A stretch of DNA of 64,000 nucleotides, taken from Dictyostelium discoideum (lineage: Eukaryota). The notes below the pieces were generated by a model, which was not told the origin of the DNA, ran no database searches, and saw nothing but the letters and a program-made list of their open reading frames with translations. A program made the translations under genes and the position numbers. Below are positions 10,114-23,337 of the stretch, in pieces; within the stretch, counting starts at the first letter, position 1, and the number at the start of each line of letters is the position of its first letter. The stretch lies in assembly GCA_000004695.1 (NCBI GenBank), contig CM000150.2, positions 2,496,001-2,560,000 on the forward strand, read 5' to 3'.

Positions 10114-12047
10114 ATGGTAAAATATAAAATAATAATATCATTTTTATTTTTTATTTTATATTGCAATTGTTTCACATTTGGTAGTTACACATTTGATACA
10201 AAAAATTGGTCAACAAATGGTACACTATCATCATGTGTTTTTTATGATTTTGTAAATAACGATTATTATGATTTAAGAGCTATTGTCCACAATGATCATC
10301 AAGGTCCTTACAAAGCAAGTTTTCCTGCCGAACTTCCTGGTGGAATTCAAACACCTTATACAATGTATTTTAATCCTTGTTTTAATGATAATGTGTGTCC
10401 AGGTGGTCTTTCAGTAGGTTGTATGAGTTATGTGCAAAATTCACAAAAAATTCTTAATTCCGTTGGTTCACTTTCAGAGCCACATTCTATAACATTAAAT
10501 TCAGAAGGTATTTCTATTGAATATCAATCAGCTCTTTTACCATCAACAACATGTGCCTCTAATGGTAACCGTAGAACTTTGGTTTTATTTATTACTTGTA
10601 TCCCAACCGAAACATTTAAAATTATTGGTACTTATAACAGAAGAGTATTATGTGAACATACAATTTATATATCTTCAAAATTAGTTTGTAAAGATAGAGG
10701 AATATTATTTAATCAAGGTCTATTTTATGATTTAACACCAATGAAATTGTAAGTTGTTAAATTCTTTTTTATATTTTTTTTTTATTTTAATTTTTTTTTT
10801 TTTTTGTTTTTAATAAAAAAAAAAAAAACCAAACACGAAATTTTTTGTTTTTAATAAAAATTAAAATATCTAACCACTTTTTTTTCAATTTTTTATTTTT
10901 TTCTTCCCACAGATTAGCAAGCACTTCACACCAAATTACCAACAGTGACCAAACACAAGATATTCTCTTTAATTTATTCGGAAATGTAAATAGATGTGGT
11001 ACTTTCGGTACATCAACATTAAGTTATCAATCATGTATTTTAACAGTTGCTAATAAAGTGATCGATTATAAACTAGATTCAAGATATGCAACATCACCAA
11101 AATCAGTTATGGTAGGATCTCTCAGTCAACCAAGAACAATTACATTTACAAATGATGTAATAACCATAATTTATAGTTCAACAACTGGTTTCACAGAATG
11201 CTCATCAAATGGTAACAAATATTCATCAAAGTATATTTTAATTTGTGATCCATTCACAGAATATTATGTAGATAAATTTACATTAGAATCACAATGTATT
11301 TATCAAATTAAGGTTTATACTAAATACGCATGTCCAACATTACGTTTATTCAAACAAACACAATATTATGACCTTTCACCATTGATGTTGTAAGTATTCA
11401 ATTTATTCTTGTATTTCTTCAAAACAGTTATTAATTATTAATAATAAAATAAATAATAGGGATTCAACAAGAAATTATACAACAAGTCATATTACAGACG
11501 GATATGAGTATAATATTGTATTCAATATTGGTAATAAAGCACAAATGTGTAGCGATGCATTTAATGATTATTATTTTGCTTGTCAATATGATCCACGTTA
11601 TAAAAGTTTTAATCCACTTGCAAAGGCAAGTTTAGGTCAAAGAGTAACATTTGATTTAAATCAAGTTAAATTCGAATATACTTCACCAATGTCAGGTTGT
11701 TTAAGAACTTTTATTATTGTTTTAACTTGTGATGAAAACCAACATTATCAATTAGTTTCAACTTTAGAATCTCCTGCATGTGTATATACAGTAACAATTG
11801 AAACTAAATATGTATGTGAATCAACAATTTATTACAATAGATTCGACTATACATATTATGATATTACTCCAATAAAAACGTAAGTTTTAAATTAAATTTG
11901 AAATTAAATTTAAATATAAATAATAATATTAATAATATTAATAATCTTTATTGTCAACAACTAAAATATTAATTTAATTAGAGAAAAAGATAGTCCAAAT
12001 AAAATAGATATTGTTGTTGGTGGATATCCATATAGAGTAAGTAAATT

Positions 12048-12100
<53 letters not shown>

Positions 12101-15100
12101 AACAAATATTTTTCTAATAGCTTTTTTATGGTATCGGTAATACTGTTGATTATTGCGGAGAACAAGTGGGATCAGTCCCTGGTGTAGATTATCAAGCTTG
12201 TCAATATCTCAGTGGTCTTGTTATTCAAGTCGGTAGTTTAAAAAATACATCAATGATTCTTAATAAGGATGGTATAAGTATATATCATACCTCACCATTC
12301 GATTTAACCAAAGTGTGCCAAAATACAAGATATCAAAGAGTAAACATTTTAAATATGGTATGTGATCCAACAGCAACAAATGTTGTGGTCAGCGCTACTG
12401 AGACTGCCAACAATTGGGCATGTGAATATACAATCGAAATTAAAACTAAATATGCATGTTCAATTAATTATGCACCAGTATTACCAGTTGTTGGAAATCC
12501 ATGTTTATACAGTTGTACACCACCAGGTGCTTTAAATCCAAAAGCTATAGTTAGTGTACTTTTAAATTTAGGTGTTTGTTTCTCAGAGATTAATAAATAT
12601 GGTACAGGTGCACAATCATTACTTAATATATTTAAAGATACTTGGGTTTCAAATCACAATGGGTATGATGATTGGATGGGTGGACAACTTTATTCACTAT
12701 TATTAACAGGTAAACCACAGTCAACAATTTCACCATATGTTATTTCAATTACACATGATAATTTATGTACATATGGTGCCGATGGGTTAAGTAAAGCAAA
12801 AAATTCAATCAATGATTTTCTTACTATTACAAATGATCTTCTTGAAATTTCAAATCGTGCAGTTAGTTTAACCGTTACCAAATATACATATTCAGATGGA
12901 GCAATTACATTATCAACACATAAACTTTTATCAACATCAACTGGAGGTCTTGCAATTATTAAATACAAAAATTTGCTATGCTACTATTCAATAGTCCCAA
13001 ATTTACAAACTTTAATTATTGGGAGTTATTTGCTTTCTTGCCCATATTATTCACTACCAACTATTACAGTGCACAGTTTAACACCATCAATAGGGAAAGT
13101 TGGAGATACTATCACAATTAATGGTCAAAATTTAGATACAGATATATATGATGTTTATTTCAACATTATTGATGACAACAGTAAAATTAAAGCAACAATA
13201 ACATCAAGAACCGTAAATTTTGTAAAAGTAATTGTTCCAAATGGTTTTGGTAATGCATTAGTCTACACTCAAAATATACTTAATCCAACTACCTCCGATA
13301 AACTTTCATTTTCATATCCATCACCAACGATTGTCAAAGTAATTAGTCAACCATTTAGTACAGGTATCATCAATAGATTCTTTGTTATTGGTCAAAACCA
13401 TCGTTCTTTAATAACCAATATTGTTATTAATCCATACATCGATAATATTGAAAAAGAAGCAATTTATTGTGAAATTGAAAAGTATTGTCCAAGTTCATCA
13501 AAAATTCCATCGATTTCAGGATCAGCAGTAGGTCATCCATGTATTGATTCAACAGTTTACTCTGAGAATTCCCAGTTTTTCGATTATTCCAAGTATGATG
13601 TTTTTGTTTGTATCAAATCATCATTAGGTGTTGGAAGTGGTATCATTAAATTCCCATCACAAACATTTACATTTGCATACTCTTATAAAGCACCTCTCTT
13701 ATATTTTGTACCACCTGGCATTCGTATTCCAACTGATGGTGGTAGTTTTCAATTGGATGGTAAAAACTTTCCGCCAACACAAGAAATCATTGATCTCGGT
13801 TTAAACACACCTGTAATCATTTGGAATAATGATAATTTTGTTACATTCAAAGGAACAAATCTTGCAAATACCAATATCAATTGGAAGAGTTCGAAATCGA
13901 TTTTATGTGTTGCACCACCTGGTTTCGGTGGACCATTCATCGTTACAGTAACTGTCGGTAAACAAGTGTCAAAGACTATATATCCAAGTGATTTAGATGA
14001 AAATCCAACAAATTATAATTTATATTATTATCCCCCAGCAGTTGTTGACATATCAGAAGTTTCAACTGATGGTGGTGAAGTTATAATAAAAGGTACAAAT
14101 TTTATTCCAGCCTCGCTTAAAGATCAAATTAATAATCAACCAATAATCGGTTCACCTCATTCAGTAGAGTTTAATAATGTTTTATCTTCATCATGGACAT
14201 GGATTGATTCAACACATGTAAAAGCCATCGTACAAAAAGGTATTGGTACAATCTCTACAATTGTAAATGTTGGTGGTCAAAGATCTGATTTAAATCCAAT
14301 TCCTGTAAATTTTTACAAAAGACCTGAACTAGATAATAAAAAATATGAAAACTTTGCAAATAGTGATATTTTAATAACTGGTTCTAATTTTATACCAGTT
14401 GGTGTTTCAGCAGGTTCATCAAGTTCTGTCAAAATCGGAGGTATTCCCTGTAACTCTGTAACATGGGTAGATTCAAAATCTGTTATTTGTAATGTGCCAA
14501 TTGGAACTGGTGATAATTTAAATATCCAAGTAACAGTTGGAGGTCAACAAACCGAATTAAATGATTATTTCTCATATTTAGGGCAATGCGATTTCCTCTG
14601 TAGCGATTTATCAAATTTAGTAAGTTTTTAAACATTTTAATTACAGAAAAAAAAAAAAAAACTAAAAAATACTAATTTATTATCATTTTTATCTCAAAGG
14701 AATTAGCAAAAGTTATTGGGGAAAATAAAAAAGATTTAAAGAGTACTCTTTTATTAACAGGTGTATGTTTAGAACAAATTGAGCAATATAATTTCACAGA
14801 TATTAATGATGAAATTGAATCAAGTTGGATTGAAAACTCAATTATTGATGATTGGACAAGTGGTAAATTCTATAACTATTTCAAATCATCAGAATCATAC
14901 TCAACAGTTAAAACACTTGCAAAATATATTACACCAAAGAATCCATGTATTTATGAAAATAAAAGAGTAAAGAATTCATTAGATTACCTTTTTGAAATCA
15001 ATTCAGATATTTTCCATTTAATTGAACTTTCAATTTCATCAAAAATCAGTTATCCAGATTCACCATATGAAACTTATTTCTATGAATCATCAAGCAACCC

Positions 15101-18100
15101 AGAGTATGGTCTTTCAATTATTACATTTGATTCAGCAATTTGTAGCTTTACAGAATCAACTATTCAAGACTATCAAAGTGGAAAAGTATTACAATCATGT
15201 TCAATCATTCCAATTATAAATCAAGTAATTAATCCAACAACAACACTTCAAGCACCATATCAATATTCACTTACAATAATTGGTAGATTATTTGATAGTT
15301 CAACTAGAATATTCTTATCAGGTTATGAATGTCCAATCATTGGTAATATCGCTACTAATCAAAATGATTATATTCAAACTCTTAGTTGTTCAGTACCACC
15401 AGAAATCGAATCATACTCGGCCTCTCAAATTACTTTTTACAATGATTATAGTGAAAATAATATATATAATTTCTTGTTTTATTTTAAAAAATCATTCTTT
15501 TTTAAATATCCAATTTCAACAGTAACTCAAATTCAATACCCATCAAGTGGTCCAATTCAAATGAATTCTGAAATTAAAGTAATTGGTTTTAATTTCTTCC
15601 CATATGGTATTACAAATCCAAGCATTCAAGTTTTTATTGATGATCTTGAATTAACTGATACTATATTTGGATTAACAAGCATAAATGGAGTTGATTCATT
15701 TTCATTTATTGCTTCTGGTTTAGGTTCTTTAAAGTAAGTGAAAAAAAAAAAATTAAAAAAAAAAATTTATAAATATTTATTAATATTTAAAAATATTTTT
15801 TTACAGTTTCATTCGATTATTTTATAGTAATAGTTTACCGATGTTTATAAACGATGATATTAATTTAGAATTCTCATTTGAAAGACCAATTATTAATAGT
15901 ATATTACCAACAAATGGAGATTACAATACAAAAGTTACAATTAATGGTAATAATTTTAGAAAAGGTCAATCAGTAAAAATTGGAGACATATTAGTAAATG
16001 ATATTGAATTCATTTCAAACCAAGAGATTATTGCTTCAGCACCATTTGGATTTATTAGTGGACTTGTAGTTGTTTATTCAGATGATCAATTCAGTTTAGA
16101 AGAAATATCATTTAGTTATACTTCACCAATTATAGACCAAGTTATTCTTTCAAATTATGAATCAAAATTAAACACAACAGGTACAAATTATTTCACAGTA
16201 ATAGGTAGAGGTTTAGGTACATACATTGCAGAACAAGTCGATATTATTATCAATCAAGAGTTTTATGCAAGTTGCGAATTCGATTTCTGTGAAAGTTTAG
16301 AAATTATTGAAGATATAGATATAAAAGATCAAGGAATTTGTCAATATTTAAAATATAATAAATATCAATATATCAATGAAAACTTTGATATATTAAATTG
16401 TATTTTAACCGATTCGATTGGTAAAGATAAATCAATCAGTATCAAAATTTCAGAATTCCAAAACCAAACTTTCACCTACTCTTATTATGAACCATGGATT
16501 GAAAAATTAACACAAAACTCTTCATCAGCAAACACTGATGGTGGTGAAGTTATCGTTATAAATGGTTACAACTTTTTACCATTCGAAAATTTAAGTCCAT
16601 ACTATGAAAACAATGAAACTATTGCACAATGGTTAAATCAATCAGAAATATTAATTGGTGAAAGCTATCTTTGTCAATCAATTAATTGGACCAATTCCTA
16701 TGAATTAAATTGTACAATCCCACCAGGAATTGGTGTTAATCATACAATCATTGTAAAAGTAGGCCTTCAATCATCAAATCATACTGATTATTTGTATTCT
16801 TACGATTCACCAAACCTTGATACAATCAATAACTCCACTGGAAATGAAACACATTACTATTCTTCAACAGATGGTAACAATGAAATTATAATAACAGGTT
16901 ATAACTTTATTCCAAAAGAGTTATCAGATCATTACAACCAGAATGAAAATAAAACCATAAATTCAATACTATTAGGTAAACAATATTGTAATGAAACTAT
17001 TTGGATTAATTCAACAACAGTCAAATGTAAACCAATAGCAGGTATCGGGTCAAATTACAAAATTATCATTAAAGTTGGTAATCAAGATTCAAACGAAACC
17101 GTTTACTTCTCATATGAGAAGCCAATTTTAGATTTAAAGAATTACACAGGTTCAACAAATGGTAATACTGAAATTACAATAACAGGTATCAACTTTATTC
17201 CAAAAGAATTAGCAGATAATAATAATTTCAATCAATCAGAGAACTATATAATGATTGGTGATAATAAATGTAACGAAACTATTTGGATCAACTCAACAAC
17301 AGTTAAATGTAAACCAATATCAGGTACTGGTATCAATCATAGAGTTATAATAACAGTTGGTAATCAAAACTCAAATGAAACGGTCTACTTTTCATATGAT
17401 AAACCAATTTTAGATATTAAAAACTATAGTAGTCCAACTGATGGCAATACTGAAATCACAATAACAGGTGAAAACTTTATTCCAAAAGAATTAGCAGAAA
17501 ATAATAATTTCAATCAATCAGAGAACTATATAATGATTGGTAATAATGAATGTAATGAAACTATTTGGATCAATTCAACAACAGTTAAATGTAAACCGTT
17601 AGCAGGTATCGGGTCAAATTACAAAATTTTCATTAAAGTTGGTAATCAAGATTCAAATGAAACCGTTTACTTCTCATATGAGATGCCAATTTTAGATTTA
17701 AAGAATTACACAGGTTCAACAAATGGTAATACTGAAATTACAATAACAGGTATCAACTTTATTCCAAAAGAATTAGCAGATAATAATAATTTCAATCAAT
17801 CAGAGAACTATATAATGATTGGTGATAATAAATGTAATGAAACTACTTGGATCAATTCAACAACAGTTAAATGTAAACCAATATCAGGTACTGGTATCAA
17901 TCATAAAGTTATCATAACAGTTGGTAATCAAAACTCAAATGAAACGGTCTACTTTTCATATGATAAACCAATTTTAGATATTAAAAACTATAGTAGTCCA
18001 ACTGATGGAAATACTGAAATCACAATTACAGGTGAAAACTTTATTGAAAATTATAATCAAGAAAAACATAATGAAAATGATAATTTCGTTAGAATTGGTG

Positions 18101-20856
18101 AAAATAAATGTAATGAAACAAAGTGGATAAATTCGACAACAATTAAATGTAAAATAATTCAAGGTATTGGTTTAGATTATAAAATAGTTGTAACAGTTGC
18201 CAATCAACAATCAAATGAAAATGTTTTCTTTTCATATGAAAAACCAATGATTGACAGTAAAACACTATTAGCATCAACCAGTGGCAGTGAAACTATTAAA
18301 ATTACAGGTACTAATTTCATTCCATCAACTTTAGTAGAACATTACAACAAAGAAGAAAATAAAGATAACTCAATAAATTCAGTTACTATCAATAACGAGT
18401 TTTGTAATGATATTACATGGATTAGCTCAACAGAACTAACATGTAAACCATTAGCAGGAGTTGGAACCAATCATACTATATTCATTTTGGTTGGAACTCA
18501 AAAATCAAATGAAGAAAACTCATTCTCATATAAACCTCCGAATATTGAAGAGTTTAAATACTACACAGCACCAACACATTCCAATAAAATTATTACTATA
18601 ACTGGTGAAAACTTTATTCCAATCGAATTATTATCAAAAGACAACAGCAATAGTTCAGTACTTATTGATAATATAAAATGTGAAGAAATCAAATGGATTG
18701 ATTCAACAAAAGTTTCATGTCAAGTTCCAGTAGGTCAAGGTAAAGATTTATCGATTAAAGTTAAAATTGAAAATCAAGAAACTGAAGAAAATCAACAATT
18801 TTCATATGATAAACCATTTATTCAATCAATCAATCCAAATAAAGGAAGATGTAATCAAGAAGTATTAATTACAATTCAAGGTGATAGTTTTGGAAAGAGT
18901 GATCAACTAATTAAAATTGGTAATAACGAATGTCAAGATATTCAATTCTATCCAAATCATACATTTACATGTAAAGTTCCAATCGTGGAGAATTCAATTG
19001 AATCCATTGTTTTATTAAATGTTGGCAATCAAGATTCAAACGATAACATTACATATAAATACTATGGACCACCAGAAATTAAAAGTATTGGTTTACCATC
19101 ATATCTTTCATTCAAAGGTGATGATTTAATTACAATCATTGGTAATAACTTTATAGAATATGATGATGGATCTGATGAAATTGTTAAATTTAATAATGAA
19201 CCAACAACTATCATTGAAAACACAGAAACATACATTAAAATTAAAACTCTTAGTGGTGATGAATTTAATGTACCAATTGCTGTAGAATTAAATGGTCAAA
19301 TAAGTAATACAGATACTTCATTCGTTTACTCAAATCCAATAATTGAAAGTGTAACACCATCATCAAGTAGCTCAAAATCAAATACTAATATCATCATTAA
19401 AGGACATAATCTTGGGTATTTAACAAACACTCCCAAAATTACAATTGGAAGTAGTAATTGTTTAAATATCAAAACTATATCTCCAAATGAAATTCATTGC
19501 ATCGTTATGAAATCAAGCGCAGGCACTAAACAATTAACATTAACCTATGAAAGTTATCAACCAACCTATTCACAATTCACTCACAAAAACGATGATGACA
19601 GTGATAGCCACGATGATGATGATGATGACCATAAAAACAATAATGGACCAAAAAACACCATATTAAGTATTCTTGGAGGTATAATTGGAGCAGCAGCATC
19701 AGCAGCCGTAAGTGGATTTATAACAAGCATTTTCGGTGGTGCGACATCAGTAGCCACAGCAGCAGCAACAGCAACAGCAGCAGGTACTGCGGTAGCAGCA
19801 GCAACTACAGCGTCAACAGCAACAGCTATTGCCGGTGCAATTACCGAAGGTGTTGCAGTGGCCTTTACAGGGGTATCAGTAATAGCAGCAACAGCAGGTG
19901 GTGTTGTTATTACTTCAATTGTAACAGCAACAGCCATCCTTATTTCAGGTGGAAGTACACAATCACCAACTCCAACCATAGCTCCAACTATTTCACCAAC
20001 TCCAACGCCAACCGATAACTATTGGGTAAGATGTATGGTCGATTATTCAAGATTAACTTTACAAGTCGATAATCTTTACGGTCAAGATATAGTATGTATT
20101 GATGGTAATGGAATTTCATCAATTTTCAACGAATCATTCTCTTGTAAACCTGATCTTATTAACGATGGTATGATATGTGCTCAACAACATCAAGATGGAA
20201 CAAATTCAACAACCACATTTGGTAATTCAACATTAATTTGTCATATTGACTCAACAAAATCATGTGAAATTTCACCACCATTCATCATACCATCCGATCC
20301 AATTGAAGATGATGAATATTCAAATATTCTAGAATGTCAATATAATCTCATTGAAAATTCATTATCAACACACTCTAATAATAGTCCACTAAGATGTTAT
20401 AATAATGAAACTGAAAATTACTTCATTATGAATACTACACTTTCATGCTCAAAAGATGAATCATTAAGTCAAGATAAAGATACGATTTCTTGTTTAGCAG
20501 ATACAGATGACACTCAAATCTTTTTCTATAAGAACTCAATTACATGCATTACAGATTATCCATACTATAGATGTACAATGAAATCTCAACCATCACAAGA
20601 TGATAACATAATTCCAAAACCAACATTACCACCAATTCCATCAATTGATGATGATTCCACATGTATTTATGATTCAGCCAATTCATATTCAATAGATCTC
20701 CAACTAACGACTGGAACTAATGCTAAATGTCCAAAAAATGAAAAAGAACTTCGTTATGATCTTTCAACTTCTCTAACATGCACTGATTATATCACACTTA
20801 AAAACTCCACTTATTCAATTTCATATTCAAATTACATTTGCATTAAAACAAAATAA
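10114..20856 (+). CDS. giant secreted/membrane glycoprotein with 4 CI-MPR-like (MRH) repeats plus IPT/TIG repeat array plus Ala/Thr hydrophobic block plus Cys-rich C-terminal domain; copy 1, 7 exons: 10114..10748, 10913..11389, 11460..11879, 11982..12036, 12121..14619, 14700..15733, 15807..20856 (about 3389 aa)
   Basis: Signal peptide MVKYKIIISFLFFILYCNC. Exons 1, 2, 3 and the start of exon 5 each encode a roughly 150-aa Cys-containing domain ending in a C-x-Y-x-h-x-h-x-T-K-Y-A/V-C motif (CIYQIKVYTKYACP, CVYTVTIETKYVCE, CEYTIEIKTKYAC, CEHTIYISSKLVCK). Each is followed by YDLSPL/YDLTPM/YDITPI, the pattern of cation-independent M6P-receptor repeats. All introns are GTAAGT...AG, AT-rich, and phase-consistent. 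Exons 5-7 encode many roughly 96-aa beta-sandwich repeats (…TDGNTEITITGENFIPKEL…CNETIWINSTTVKCKP…VGNQ.SNETVYFSYEKP…) typical of IPT/TIG domains, with N-glycosylation sites throughout. C-terminal part: acidic HDDDDDDH, roughly 100-aa GC-rich Ala/Thr hydrophobic low-complexity block, PT-rich linker, then a roughly 290-aa Cys-rich domain. Confidence 0.65.
17118..18050 (+). repeat. tandem array of near-identical 288-bp units (alternating A/B variants) encoding IPT/TIG-like repeats inside exon 7
   Basis: Units starting EKPILDLKNYTGSTNGNTEITITGINFIPKELADNNNF… (A) and KPILDIKNYSSPTDGNTEITITGENFIPKELAENNNF… (B) recur A-B-A-B with almost identical nucleotide sequence. Paralogue copy 3 (38951..43393) has exactly one A-B pair fewer (1480 versus 1671 aa in the last exon). 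Confidence 0.7.
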
Positions 20857-20895
20857 AAACAATTAAAAAATTTTAAAAAACAAAATGATATAATA

Positions 20896-20974
20896 ATTTA
20901 ATGAAATAATTTAATTACTATTTTTACTATTTTTTTTATTTTCAAAAAACTGTAATTAAATTATTTCATTAAAT
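20896..20974. repeat. 23-bp perfect inverted repeat in the convergent 3' intergenic region between the receptor-like gene and the next DNase II-like gene
   Basis: atttaatgaaataatttaattac (20896..20918) and gtaattaaattatttcattaaat (20952..20974) are exact reverse complements separated by about 33 bp. The same structure is retained downstream of copy 2 (about 29655..29735). Confidence 0.5.
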
Positions 20975-21194
20975 CATTATGTCACACCACCCAAAATTCA
21001 ATTCTGAAAACTTTTTTTATTTAATTACCCTTAAGAAAAAATTAAATGTGAAAATAAATGTTATATTTATTTTAGTTTTGTTTTTTTTTTTAAATTATCA
21101 TTAATAATAATGATGCACCATTTGGTATTATCTAATTTTGAAAACTAAAAAAAAAAAAATTTATTTTTGGAATTAGTTAAATTTAAAAAAAAAT

Positions 21195-23300
21195 TTAAAT
21201 TAAAATATAATTAATACTTACACCTTTGGTATATTCACCCAAAACTTTTGTAAATTCCTTAATGGAATTGATGTTTTGTAGATCACCATGTCTATTTTCA
21301 GTTAAGAGAATACAATAGATAAGATGATCTTGGCAATCTGGATGATATTTAATGATTTTTGAGTCTGTATCACTTGGAAAAGCTTTACATATTTTTTTAT
21401 TAATTTCATTATAATCCTTATGACCTTTTTCGCTATCACTTTGATCGCCTTCGATTTTATTTGGGAATTTAAATGGTACTAAATCATTGATTTCAACTTC
21501 TTTCAATTGAATGATGTTTTTATTTTTAATAAATTTCAATTTTTCATAAAGTTCTTTTACTAAATCAATATTTTTTAAATCGATATATATCTTATCTGGG
21601 AAAGGTGTGAGTATTGATGTTGGTTCGATAATGGTATTTTGTGTTAGAGCAGTTACCTTTTTATTATCTCTTGATGAGGTAAGTGTAAATGTTGATTCAA
21701 CATAGATATCTTTAAACAATTGGTAAGATTTGGATTTTTCAAAGCTACAAGTGACATCATCATTATCACATAAAATAATTTCCCCATTGATTGATGGAAA
21801 CACATTGAAATCGAATAACTCTGATTTGTATATATTTTGATCCTTAAGTTGGGTTAATAGTGGAATATAAACATTGTCATAACCATAGTTATATTCATTT
21901 GAAAATAATTTATCTTCATCTTTTTCATTATTGTAAACGATATTAAATGGATTCAAATGATAGTATTTTTCATCATCTCCATAACCTTTTACCTTGGTTT
22001 CAAAGTTTAGCTTTCTGTTACCTAAAACATTAGATCATTTGGATATTTTTCTATTAATTCGTTTAAATTCAACTTTTGACCTGCAATGCTATTTAATCTT
22101 AAAGAAGCTTTTCTAAGATATTGACCATCCTCTGGGTGTCTAATTATACCAACTCTTCTGTAAAAGTATTCAGAAAGATATTTCATTTCGTCACTGCAAA
22201 AAGAACCACCTCCACGTGCCTCTTGCCTTCCATGCCAATTTAAATCACCAAAGCAAATAGTCCCACCACCGCCACCGCTATATGCTTTATCCATATAATT
22301 GATTTGATAAGACATTTTTGAATGGTCACTTCCTGAATCAGAGCTAATAACTGTTGACCAAGGTGTTTCGAATCTGTAAGAAAGATATATTGATACAACT
22401 GCTGGAGACATTTCATTTTTTCCTTTTTCCATCTTTGTTTGAGTATGGACCATTGTTTTAAAATTATTACCATTTTTAAAACTATAGATGTAATGCCAAA
22501 GTATAAAAAATTTAATTTTTTCCTTGTGAGTATTTTCAATTTTATCACTATACTCTTTATAAAGGTGTGTATTTGTTGTTTGAATGAAGTAATCCCCTTT
22601 ATTTTTACTCTCATAAATTTTATTATAGTGAACATTTGTTTCATGAGCTGTATCTGATGATGTAATATTTTTGTTTAGAATTAAATCTGCCTATTTTAAG
22701 AATGTAAGTTTGATGATTTATTAACACAAATTTATAATTAAAATTACTTACCAATTGTGACCATTTATTTAAATAAATAATTCCATCCCATATATCAGGA
22801 TCAACTTTATTCTTTTTTTTAACAAAAATATTATCACTCATTAGATCATCCAATTCTTTAAAAGTTTTGGGAATTTTTGTTTCTAAAATTGAACTATCAA
22901 TTTTTTCCAACTTAATGACTCCTGAGCTTATCTTTTCAACCTCTGTTTGAAGATTTTCGGAATAAGAATCGGCTGATGATACCTTTTTAACCTTTTTACC
23001 ATTTCCTGTTGAAACTGTATTAATGGTTTGAATATTTAAATTACTATAAATAATATACTTTGGAATAATATAAAGTTCTTCTTTTGACAAAGTTATACAA
23101 ATTGAATGTTGAGCATGTTGATGATTTAAAGTATTTTTATCGAAATTAAAAAGAGGTTCATATCCTGTTTCTGGAGATCTTGGAACACTGTGAATTACAT
23201 GAATTCCCCCATTTTCATTCCAAATGAAAAATCCTTTTGCATGTGCCTTTTTTAAATAAATAAATTAAAAAAAAAAAATATGTTAACAAATAATGATAAC

Positions 23301-23337
<37 letters not shown>

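Noticed and set aside
19709-19953. Possible intron (gtaagt … tttcag) inside the Ala/Thr block of exon 7
   Set aside because: Splicing these sites shifts the frame into an immediate stop. The in-frame read-through is conserved, with substitutions, in copy 3, so I treat it as coding.
19581-19979. Ala/Val/Thr-rich antisense ORFs opposite the receptor-like genes (19581..19979, 42127..42474, 28484..28753)
   Set aside because: They are generated by the GC-rich Ala/Thr codon block of the sense gene. The sense-strand reading is continuous with flanking conserved domains.
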